Source of the DNA: Nageia nagi
Taxonomy: Eukaryota > Plantae > Pinophyta
Direction: 5' to 3'
DNA length: 64,000 nt
NCBI GenBank assembly: GCA_050084985.1
Contig: JBITNC010000002.1
Coordinates: 31,496,001 to 31,560,000, forward strand
This document shows, piece after piece, positions 1 through 11,131 of the stretch. The number at the start of each line of letters is the position of its first letter. Within the stretch, counting starts at the first letter, position 1. Below the pieces are notes generated by a model. The model was not told the origin of the DNA and did not search any database. It was given only the letters and a program-made list of their open reading frames with translations. The position numbers and the translations under genes are program-made.

Positions 1-1900
1 TTCAAGTAGAATACAAAGTGAAGTTCGATGATCATGTCAAAATTGATAGCTAGATTGGTTTTATAAGCTCACTCCTCCATCTCTTTACAATTTTGAGAAA
101 GTGACTGATGCATTTACAAGACAATACAAATATAATATCAAGACACTAGCTACTTTAGTTGATCTCTTTGCAATATAATAAGGCCCTAATGAAAAATTGG
201 AAAACTATGTCTAGATTCAAGATGCTATGGGAAAATATTTGCACTCCTATTCAAAATTCAAATGTTTAATGAGATCTTTGTAAATTCTTTGATCAAGAAT
301 CTAAGACTATGTATGTGAAAATATCAATCTGCCTTTTGGGAGTTAATTCAAATGATAATCACCAAAGAAAAGTTCTTACTTGAGGTAAGAACAATCAAAT
401 ATGAAAACTTCAAAACCCTAATGATGATTACAATGTTAAAAACCTCTATCCTACAAAGCGTGGAGATAAGAAAATAGTGAATGTAGTTGAAGGTGATTCT
501 CAACTAATCCAACTAACAAGGTCTCAAACTCAAAAAGAAAATGGATTTACTTTTCCTACTCCACCTTGTTACATTCTCTCCGATCTCTTGCAAAAGTAGT
601 TGATCATATTACCTCCTAAAAGGGCTTAAGACAAAAATAATATAGCAAAACTAGTTTAGCATCGAGAAAACATCATACTATTGCTACCATCAATAGAAGG
701 GTCATACAACCAACTAATGTAGCAAACTCAAAAATGAAATTCAATGAGTAATCAATGAAGCAAAAATGAAACTCAATGAGTAATCAATGAAGAAAGTTAT
801 GTACTCAATCATAAAACTTATGTTTGCCCAACTACAATGCTAAGCTCATGATCAAACTAAGAACGCCAATAATATCAAAGGATTCATACACAATAGCTTA
901 GACAATCTTTATGGTGTGACTATTAAAAAATTAGGATTTAAGTGCTCATACTCACAAAGACATAACGGGGTATAAATCCAATTTCTAATGTAAGAGTGCA
1001 ATTACCACTAGATCCAAAGCAATAAAATGTCATTGATCTATTGAAAAACACTCAAGTAAATATCTCCCTATTTGAACTTTTGGAAATTTCTCAATCACAT
1101 TTAAGATTTATATAAGAATTTCAAGAAAGAATTAGTAACCAAGAATCTCAATGCAGGAGCCTTTGCCACTATTATTGATACATGGAGACCATAATACAAA
1201 GACATCAAATTTAAACCTTTAAAATTACCCAGCAAAGAATCAAATTTAACTCTTTAGAATTACCTAACAAAACAAAGACATCAATGACCAAAATTTACCA
1301 TTGCACATCAAAGTAGATATCTTGGAAAAGAAAGGTAAAAAAGTCTTGGTGGACATTGCATCAAGCCTTAGCATTTGCTTTGATACTTTCATGCAACATT
1401 TCAAAGAAGAAATTTAGCTCCATTGAAAAGTCAATAATGAAAATCAAAGGTTTTGATTTTGTAGATAAACAAACTGTACAAGTTATTTTACCTTCCTATT
1501 GGATTGGATCCAAAAAAATTGAGCACTCCTTACTAAATCATGAAATTGTTTTTACCTTATAACCTCCTCTTAAATAAACCTTGGATCCATGCTATGGAAA
1601 ATATTCCTTCCATTGTGCATAGGTGTATAAATTTTGGACAAAATGGTGTTATCTACAAGTACACAACATATGAAGAAACATACAAATATTGTCATGATGT
1701 TAGCTTGGAAATAACAGATCTTCACATGGTTCCTCATAATGAAATCCCACTCTATGAAATCACAAAACCTCCTTGTGGTAAAACAATAGACCAAACAAAA
1801 TGCAATCATATGGGAGAAAAAATCTTGAAAGAATTAGAAAATCAAACTTAGATTAGAGATATTAGCCAAAGATCCTACCTAACCAATAATTCTCAAATTC
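1..1900 (+). mobile_element. Degraded Ty3/gypsy gag-protease remnant
   Basis: Frameshifted gag-like text (dLLKntqvnisLFELLEIS ~1035-1095), a decayed protease motif VLVDI(A)S at ~1343-1362, and the ORF 1540 motif YNLLLNKPWIHAM resembling the retropepsin LLGRPW flank. Confidence 0.55.
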
Positions 1901-2080
1901 GAGAATCCTTGCATCTTCAACAGATCAAAAAATGGTACAAGGCTAGAGAATTGATCCATAAAGTTTGGTAGCCTATGGCTGTCCAAGACTCACCACATAC
2001 GGATTTATCACACTTGTACTACAAATTCTTGCAGAATAAAAATTAAACGACTATAATTAATTTAATATTGCAAAATATAA

Positions 2081-3545
2081 TGTTTTGAGAGAGAAAATCA
2101 TTCACTACAAATTGAGACAACTACATATCCTGGAGAAATCCAATGTGTATAGAAATCTCCAACAAAAACTTCACTATGTGATGAACATGTGAATGCAAGG
2201 CCTTCCTCGAAAAGGCTCTCCACAATGTTGCTGACAAGAACAAACTTAAGGACTCAAAACATCAATGGTGGTACCTTTTTGATGCTTTCAAGACTCAAGC
2301 AACAAGCTCACAATTTCTCAACAAGAATTATCATGGCCAACACCAGCATTGAATTTTACAATTGCTTATGCATACATTAGCATAGCACTATTCTTTAAGA
2401 GCATACAAACTTGCCTATGCAATAATTGCTACAAGGTTGCCTAAACTCTCAATTCTCTCATAAACACTCTCTTTGCGGAATCACACTACCTCTCTTAGAA
2501 ATGCTCATTAACCATTTCCTCAATCAAGCCTCCTATACTTTACAAGGGGCAAAAGATTAAAAATTAAATGGTTATAAATAATTATTGGAGATAATAGCCA
2601 AGAGTTTACTTTGCATTAATGAACGAAGGGTTTAAATACATCATCGAGAACATTCTCATACAATAACGGAATAATGATAATAGAAACCTTAAATATTTAT
2701 TATTATACTTTAGAGTATATTCTAATGTATTTATTATTTATGTAGATATCTAATGTATCTAATGTTAACTAAATGTATTATTTTTTCTAACACCCCCCAT
2801 AATACATTAGGCCTTCAGAGAACATGAGAGAAAGCTCTGAAAGTATTCAAACTTTCCACTGTAAAGAGATTTGGTGAAGACACCTAAAATTTGCTTCTTC
2901 ATGGAAATGTAGTGGAGCTGGATGTTGTGTAGTGAAACATGATCCCAAATGAAGTACACCTGTATCTCAATGTGTTTGGTGTGCTCATGAAAACAAGGGT
3001 TTTGAACTGGTTTCAATACACCTTGATTGTCACAATGTAGAATAGTAGGTTGCTTCTGTGGAATTCCAATGTCTGTCAAGATGTGACGTAACCATACTGC
3101 TTCACAAACAACATTCTCCTACAATAGGGTATTCCGACTCTATAGTAGATTTGGATGTTATGCTTTGTTTCTTGCTACCCCATGAAATCAATCTAGATCC
3201 AAGGAAGAACATGTATCCTGTTGTTGATCTTCTATCATCCAAGGATCCTCCATAATTTGCATCTGTGTATCCAAAGAAGACGAACTTATCGTTCTTCTTG
3301 TACTCCGGGCCATAACTATCAATGCTATAGATGTATCTCAAAACGTGCTCTATTGCGGTCCAATGGGCCTTCTTTGGTTCATGCATATATTGTGAAAGAT
3401 AACTAACGACATAGCAAATATCCGGCTTGGTGTATGGTAGATAAATTAACGCTCCAATCAGCTGGCGCTAGAGAGTTGCATTTACCAATGGAGAACAATC
3501 ATGGCATGACAAATGTAAACCAGGTTCAATTGGCGTGGACATCAA
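2081..3545 (-). mobile_element. Ty1/copia 3' end: RT/RNase H fragment, PPT and 3' LTR (~2081-2792)
   Basis: ORFs with HEPKKAHWTAIEHVLRYI, GYTDANYGGSLDDRRSTTGY, ISWGSKKQ, HCDNQG and HTKHIEI; minus-strand ATGGGGGG|TGTTAG PPT/LTR junction at 2792. Confidence 0.9.
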
Positions 3546-3737
3546 TGTAAATCATGCATTCCATAGATGACTTTCTATTTCATATGTTTTTGTATATGAT
3601 TTATGAATATGAATTATGATCCACTATTATTTTTCTTAAATATATGTCATGAATGTGTTGTTCAATGAGCTTATTTCATGGAAAAATATTTAAAAAATTG
3701 CAGTTTTTTGTTTTTTTTTAATGTGCCACGATTAAAT

Positions 3738-3899
3738 AAAACTAGTGAGAAAAGCCTTGTTGGATATTTAAACATAAAACCCTTGCTGGAATTTGGAAAC
3801 TAAAACCATATTAAGTTTAAAACTAGTGAGAAAATCCTTGTTGGATATTTACACATAAAACCCTTGCTAGAATTTGGAAACTAAAACTATATTAAGTTT
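3738..3899. repeat. Tandem duplication, ~81 bp x2
   Basis: aaaactagtgagaaa..ccttgttggatattta.acataaaacccttgct.gaatttggaaactaaaac.atattaagttt occurs twice head-to-tail. Confidence 0.9.
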
Positions 3900-5616
3900 G
3901 CAGACCAGACGTTGCTTGTGTGAATACCATTTTACCTCCAGACCAAACAATAGTTCTTTGGTATTTTATTGTGGTGGCTGTATTATTCTGTAGGTTTTAT
4001 TTAAAATTAGTTGTGTGCATCCATAACATAAATGCAGACTCTAGCTTTATTATTCTACTCTACACACTAGTATGTGAAAATCTGAAACCGGACAGAATAT
4101 GTGTCTGAACGGTCTACAATGCCGAAACCACATTAGTAAAGCAGTGTTCAAAGTAAATATCAGTGTTTACCTCGAAGTGTCTTCTGCTTGAAACACTGCT
4201 GAAACTTTGATGATAAAACTGGAATTCAAGTTTTTTGTAATTGGATGGTTTGGAAATCTGTAAAGTATAAGCTGTATGCTGAAATAGTGAAAACTAAAAA
4301 ATTATGCTGAATTTAAGTTATCTTAAAGCTTTCTACTGAACTGTAATTCTGAATATTTGTAGAAGATCTGAGAGCCTAAACTTCAATGTTAATTGTCTAG
4401 AACATGGTACCTAAAGCTATTACTTCTGCTAAGGTTTGTGTGATTGGTTTTGCTTTTGTTGAACATGGTTATAAGTTTTGAAGCGAGAGGATCAAAGAAC
4501 CAAGTGGTGTAACAGATTACATAATAGTCTCAATCATGTAAATGTGTTTACCTTGCCTATGTGTTCCACTTAATTTTGTGGTCAGAGCGACTAATCTTAA
4601 TTTGTATCCTACATCATGATGTAATCCCCTTTGAGTCTTCTCCACTGAGAAACTTATGTCAAAAGGAGTTTGAGCAGCATTCACTAAGACCTGGTCTCAT
4701 CTCAAGCTAGCGAACCTGCTATGTACATTCAATGTTTTGCAAGTGCCTGCCAGCACAAGAAGACTATTGCTTTTTCAGAGCCTTCAACATCCTCAAAACA
4801 GCTACAAATGTTTGATAAAGCGGTTGCAATGTCAAACAAAAGCAGTGATTTCCTTTCTCCAATAACATCTATTCTAATTATAACTTTATTAGAACAAACA
4901 TCCATTGGCCTATACGTTTTTGCTTGTTCGCTACAACCTGTCGACAAATATTTCTTATTTCAAATAAGAACAAAAGGTGAAGCTGTCCAACCTAAGTGCC
5001 TGATCATTCCTCCACTTGAATTAAAAAATTCACCAATTTGTGTAATGAACCAACTAGGAAAACACACTTAAAACTGAGTTTATCACATCAAATTAGGGCA
5101 AATTCATACCAAAGTAACTTTTTGTTTGATAATCAGCAAATATAATTCATAATACACTCAGCAAATATGTCCCAAAACTATCCCATTTCATCCAATGATG
5201 TTTATAAAAATTATTTGAGAGTGCAAACACAATTTCTGACTTGGAATATACCATAAACACTCCTCAACCCTGCAAATTAAAGTACCCAAGGCTGGAAGAT
5301 CTGGTCCATGGCTTAGATCTATTGTCAAACAAGTGAATAGGCTCCCTTGAAACGGGATGATCTACCTTCTAGGTGATTGATCAGCAAAATACTATTAAAA
5401 ACCCTTCATGTAGCCCTTTTCCAAGTTGAATATTGATGATCTAGCTGACAAGCGCTCACAATATTTTTCAGAATGCTCTTAAAAGAAGGATGATCCTCCT
5501 AAGCAGTGACAACTCCAAAACAAGCACCAAACCCTCCTCTAGGCTAGACGAACTTGTCTAGGCTTGATTTATTCTCAGATATGGAAGTTTAGCACTCATG
5601 CAATGCAATAGACTCA

Positions 5617-6163
5617 AGGTTGGTCTTCCCCAAATCATCACTCAGAGGCTGGTCTTCCTCCAAGTTCCTACTCTTGAGCTAATCTTCCCAAGAGAAATCA
5701 GAATATTAGTTGCTACAACAATATTCCAAAAGTTTTCAAGATCAAAATCAGAACATAGCTAAAGATCTCAAAAGTAGTCATATTTAGTAAGAAATTTAGG
5801 CAACCTAAGGCTATCACGAAGTCACCAACAAGAAGTTGGCTTGTACAACACAACTTCACCTATTCCAATTCGATGCATGTTTTAGCTCTTATGAAGGCTA
5901 AATCTCTGTATGTATCTACATATAAGATCTCTCCCTCCAAATGCTTTCTACCATGTAAAATAATACTTATAGGTGTTTGTAAATTCTTTGCACTTGCAAT
6001 TACATGTGCATTCGTTATTATTATACCATATGAATCTATAATTTTCCCATACCTATACATGTCATTGAGATCTTGTGTTCTACTTAACACAACAACAACT
6101 TTTGCGATTGATGGGCGCTTTTCACCATATGCGTGACTAATCATTTTTCAAAAATCTAAACCT
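5617..6163 (-). pseudogene. DEG14/HtrA-like protease fragment, tandem unit L1
   Basis: ORF 5860-6144 ...GKIIDSYGIIITNAHVIAS...IILHGRKHLEGEILYVDTYRDLAFIRAK; internal deletion relative to the other units. Confidence 0.8.
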
Positions 6164-6739
6164 AGGGTTGGTCTTCCCCAAATCTTCACCCAGAGTCTGG
6201 TCTTCCTCCAAGTACCCACTCTTGAATTGGTCTTCCCAAGTGGAATCAAAATATTAGTTGTTAGAGCAAAACTCCAAAAGTTTTCAAGATCAAAACATAG
6301 ATGACGATCCAAAAAATAACCCTAATTTCAACCAAAGGCTGTCACGAAATCACCTGCACGAAGTTGGCTTGAATAAGCCAACTTTGACTATTCCAATTCA
6401 ATGTGTGTTTTAGCTCTTACAAAGGCTTAACTTCTATATGTATCTACATATAAAATCACTCCCTCCAAATGTTTTCCATCATGTAAAATGATACTTATAG
6501 ATGTTTGTGAATTCTTTACACTTGCAATTACATGTGCATTCATCATTATTGTACCATATGAATCTATAATTGTCCCATACCCATACAAGTCATTGAGATC
6601 TTGTGTTTTGCTTAACACAATAGCTTTTGCAGCTTTTGCGATTGTTTCTGCCATAGAATTCTTTGTCAAACAATGTTCATGGATGTTTGAGCGCCTTCCA
6701 CCATATGCATAACTAATCATTTTTCCAAAATATGGAATT
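6164..6739 (-). pseudogene. DEG14/HtrA-like protease fragment, tandem unit L2
   Basis: ORF 6427-6765 HCLTKNSMAETIAKAAKAIV...GYGTIIDSYGTIMMNAHV...LHDGKHLEG; premature stop. Confidence 0.8.
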
Positions 6740-7287
6740 AGGGTTGGCCTTCCCCAAATCTTCATTTAAAGGTTGGTCTTCTTTCAAGTGCCCACTCTTC
6801 AGCTAGTCTTCCCAACAGGAATCAAAATATTAGTTGCTAGCAAAATAATAAAAATTTTCAATATCAAAATTAGAACATAGCTACGATCCCAAAAGTAGTT
6901 GTATTTGGTAAGAAATTTGGGCAACCTAAGGCTATCATGATATGAAGTTGGTTTGAACAACCCAACTTGGCTCATTCCAATTCAATGCATGTTTTAGCTC
7001 TTTTATAAAGGAAAAATCTTTGTATGTATCTACATATAAGATCTCTCATTTCAAATGTTTTTCATCATGTAAAATGATATTTATAGGTGTTTGTGAATTC
7101 TTTGCACTTGCAATTACATGTGCATTCGTCATTATTGTACCATATGAATCTATAATTGTCCTAAACCCATATATGTCATTGAGATCTTGTGTTCTACTTA
7201 ATACAACAACTTTTGCAACATTTGTAATTGATTCTGTAATAGAACTTTTTGTCAAACAAGGCTCATGAGCGTTTGAGCATCTTTCAT
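6740..7287 (-). pseudogene. DEG14/HtrA-like protease fragment, tandem unit L3
   Basis: ORF 7046-7255 ...TIIDSYGTIMTNAHVIASAKNSQTP...; GGA>TGA-type stop. Confidence 0.8.
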
Positions 7288-7288
7288 C

Positions 7289-7877
7289 GAATTTTGGAAA
7301 AATAATTAGTCATGCATATGGTGAAAGGCGCTCAAACGCTCATGAACATTGTTTGACAAATAATTCTATTACAAAACCAATTGCAAAAGTTACAATAGTA
7401 GTTGTGTTAAGCAAAACACAAGATCTCAATAACATGTATGGGTCTAGAACAATTATAGATTCACATGATACAATAATGACAAATGCACTTGTAATTGCAA
7501 CTAAAAAGAATTCACAAACACCTATAAGTATCATTATACATGATGGAAAACATTTTGAGGGAGAGATGTCATATGTAGATACATGTAGAGATTTAACCTT
7601 CATAAGAGCTAAAACACGCATTGAATTGAAAGGGCGGGGTTGGGCTATTCAAGGCAACTTCGTGCAGGTGATTTCATGACAACCTTAAGCTGCCCAAATT
7701 TCTTACCAAATATGACTACTTTTAGAATCGTTAGCTATGTTCTGATTTTGATCTTGAAAACTTTTAGAGTATTATTGTGGCAGTTAATATTTTGATTCCT
7801 CTTGTGAAGACCAACTCAAGAGTGGGCACTTGGATGAAGACCAACCTTTGAGTAAAGATGTGGCGAAGGTCAACCTT
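7289..7877 (+). pseudogene. DEG14/HtrA-like protease fragment, tandem unit R1
   Basis: ORF 7353-7679, then after a frameshift LGYSRQLRAGDFMTTLSCPNFLPNMTTFRIVS, matching the HtrA LGxSxxLRxGDxVxAxGxPxxLxNTVTxGIVS block. Confidence 0.82.
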
Positions 7878-8283
7878 GAGTCTGGATTTTGGAAAAATGA
7901 TTAGTCATGCATATGGTGAAAAGTGCTCAAGCACCCATGAACATTGTTTGACAAAGAATTCTATTGCAGAATCAATCGCAAAAGTTGCAAAAGTTGTGTT
8001 AAGAAGAACACTAGATCTCAATGACATGTATGGGTCTGGGACGATAATAGATTCCTATGGTACAATAATGATGAATGGACATGTAAATATAAGTGCAAAA
8101 AATTCACAAACACCTATAAGTATCATTTTCCATGATTGAAAACATTTAGATGGAGAGATCTTATATGTAGATACATACAGAGATTTAGCCTTCATAAGAG
8201 CTAAAACACGCATTGAATTGGAATGGGCGAAGTTGGGTTGTTCAAACCAACTTCGTGAAAGTGATTTCATGACAGCCTTAGGT
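7878..8283 (+). pseudogene. DEG14/HtrA-like protease fragment, tandem unit R2 (3'-truncated)
   Basis: ORF 7858-8139 with GSGTIIDSYGTIMMNGHV, then RDLAFIRAKTRIELEWAKLGCSNQLRESDFMTALG. Confidence 0.82.
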
Positions 8284-8869
8284 GATATGAAAATAAATCA
8301 AGCCTAGACAAGTTCGTCCAACCTAGACGAGGGTTTTTTGCTTGTTTTGGAGTTGTTTTCACCACCTAAGAGGATCGCCTTGCTTCTGAAGGCAATTTGA
8401 AAAATATTCTGAGCACTTGTCATCTAGATCCATCAATATTCTGCTTGGAAAAGGGCTACATGCAGGGTTCTTAGCAGTATTTTGCAGATCAATCACCTAG
8501 GAGGCAGATCGTCCCATTTCCAGGGAGCCTATTCACTTGTTTGATAGCTGATCTAAGCCCTGGACCAGATCATCCAGCCTTAGGGACTTTAATTTGTAGG
8601 GTTGATAAGTGTTTATGGTATGTTCCAAGTCAAAAATTGTGTTTGCACTCTCAAATAACTTTTATAATCATTGGACGAACTGGGATAGTTTTGCGACATA
8701 TTTTCTGCATGTATATTGAATTGTATTTGTTGATTATCAAACAGAGTTACTTTGGTATGAATTTGCCCTAGTTTGATGTAATAAATTCAGTTATAAGTGT
8801 GTAGAATTTTCTGGATAAAATTGGGTATCTGACATTATTTTCCTAGTTTTCCTAGTTGGTTCATTGCAA

Positions 8870-10030
8870 TCTACGAAGACATATTCCTATACAACACTAA
8901 TAAGTTATGAGGCATAAATCTTGCCTTCTTGTGATGATCCCAAACTGGCAGATCATGCTCAAACATGCGCTGGGAGAGGGACGTTTGCCTTCTTGCTCTA
9001 AATTCACCCAAACAAGCTTAAATCACCACAAAATATCCAACGTCTAGCCAAATTGAGCAAATACAAGTACGAACATGCAAACATATCTCCAATAAATATT
9101 TAACTTTGAAAATAGCACTCCAGATCCAATGTTGCAACCAGGAAGGGAAAATAGTAATTTAACAGTGTAATTATGATTCCAAATCCAACATCTAGCATAA
9201 GAGGATAGTTACAGCAAAAATGAGAGAAATATGTAATTGTATTGATAAGAGAAATGTTGAAGCACAATTACATAAATATATTTCAACCTAAGGAGCTTGT
9301 ACCAAGACTTCCTCCAATAGGGTTATGTTGGATAGCACTAGGGCTTCACCAATCACAACAATGACAAGGGAAAGTCTAGGACTTCCCCACAGATTCCGTG
9401 ATGGAACCGACAGTGTTCCTCTCAAGATGACTGGAGTAAGCTTGACGCTAGCCTTCTATGACCTTAAGATCTCAAATGCAGGTTGCCCTACAAGTGGCAA
9501 AGATAGAGTTCTCACACTTAGTCCTATAAAAAATGGTTTATAATCAATAATCGCATACTTTGGAATGTCTAGGAGTCCTTTTATAGGCGATGTAATCTCT
9601 CTTCTAATCTTGCATTGAGATGATCCAATGGCGAGATGTGATTCGTGTGCTCATGTTATCATTGTCCAAGACGAAGTGCCTTGGCATAAGTGAGATCACA
9701 TCCAACGGTCCAGGAGTGCAATGTCCAAGTGGTGGTGATGTTGATGTGGCTTGGGATCAGCACCGCCAAGTGTCCAACATCCAAAAGAGGTGATGTGGGG
9801 CCTTGGGATGCCCAAAACTCCGTAGGGGTGAATTAAGCCCTAAATGCCCAACATCCAAGTGTGAGAATCTTCCAATGCCTCAAAATGCCAAATAACTCCT
9901 TGAAATGCCACGTCCAAGCTTGGATGCTCTCTAAAGATCTCGTAGTCGGTGAAATCACCTAGGGGGATGATCTACCTCAAAAAGGGGAGCACTAATGATT
10001 AGAGATACATCAAATGCCAATATTACAACT
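8870..10030 (-). mobile_element. LTR-retrotransposon remnant (degenerate PBS-like site ~9115-9129 and LTR-like GC-richer block)
   Basis: gcactccagatccaa|tgttgc resembles the reverse-complement Met-PBS next to a TG; the block ends near tattaca. Confidence 0.35.
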
Positions 10031-11131
10031 GTTAAGGCTAAAAATATGCAACACCTCTTTTAGGGAGACTAATATTACATTTACAAATATAATTGCCTTG
10101 GTATCATAAATACATCATTATTGGCATTCTAGGTACTTAACTAAATGTAATAAATAAATAAAAAGAACCATTTGTTCCATAATTAGAGTTTTTAATTAAG
10201 TCTCTAAGTGGAACTTAGATTATTTGGCCAAAACCTACCAAAATAGACAAAATCACACTTAAGCTAATGTTCCCATTTATCAAAGGTGAAATGGCGAAAA
10301 CACCTAAAAAATGGGGACATTACACTTCTCACCCATTGTTTGATTACTCCTTTGCACAACCTCTTCTCCTGATACAAAACTATGAACCATCTATTCACAC
10401 CTTGCTTTGCACAAAAAAAAAAAAAAGTAATTATATTAATGTTTACAAGTGACCAAAATAAGTTAGTAGGACTCAAAGTACATCCAATGATAATAGAAAA
10501 GCATTAGGGTTTACGAATCATAGGGATTAACACTACAAAACTATAATTCACCACTCAAAAGGGCCAATGATAAATCTAATAACGTCAATAAGGGTTTGTC
10601 CAATGTTGTCGCATGCTTAAAGCAGTAGAATTGATGTTCATTCATCATTCATCATTATGAAGGGGCCAGTGATATGTCTGATAATATCCATAGCAGACTA
10701 TCCAAAGTAAGGAGAACCAGGTTGGGCCTCCCTAACCCAAGATGCTCCACGATGTTAGGTAGAGAAAAATCGACGACACTAGGAGTGAAGATAAGAGCAC
10801 TAGGGTACACAAGTAACGATGCACGAAGGTAGGCACCATTGCATCGACCTACCCCTGTTAGCATGTAGATCAACAATATTTGGTGGTGTATGGTGCCTCC
10901 AATGTGAGGGATGGGTTGGAGAGAGGAACTAATCAACTAATGACCCTAGGACTTCTTTAGATCTTTGCATGTGAAGATAATAGCCACTTGGATGGAAAAA
11001 GTACAAGCATCTTTGATCACTATAGCAAAATAAGGTGGATATGGAACTTCCAAATTCCTTGTACAAGCAATGGTACCTTTCTTGAATATCGTAATAGATG
11101 CAACATAGGAAAATGAGGTGATCTTCATTCT

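Larger units (their letters stand above)
5041..8868. repeat. ~3.8 kb imperfect inverted repeat (foldback element) centred on a 33-nt spacer at 7288-7320
   Basis: 5041-5581 is the reverse complement of ~8285-8868 (e.g. aacttgtctaggcttgattt / aaatcaagcctagacaagtt). At the centre, catgagcgtttgagcatctttcat pairs with gtgaaaggcgctcaaacgctcatg. Ends are TGTAATG...CATTGCA. Confidence 0.95.

Noticed and set aside
5860-8270. Functional DEG protease gene cluster
   Set aside because: Every unit has stops or frameshifts and lacks the catalytic Ser motif. The hydrophobic opposite-strand ORFs (e.g. 5873, 6488, 7340) are antisense shadows.
5041-8868. Classical Pack-MULE
   Set aside because: No ~9-bp TSD found, and the interior is also palindromic; kept only as an alternative explanation
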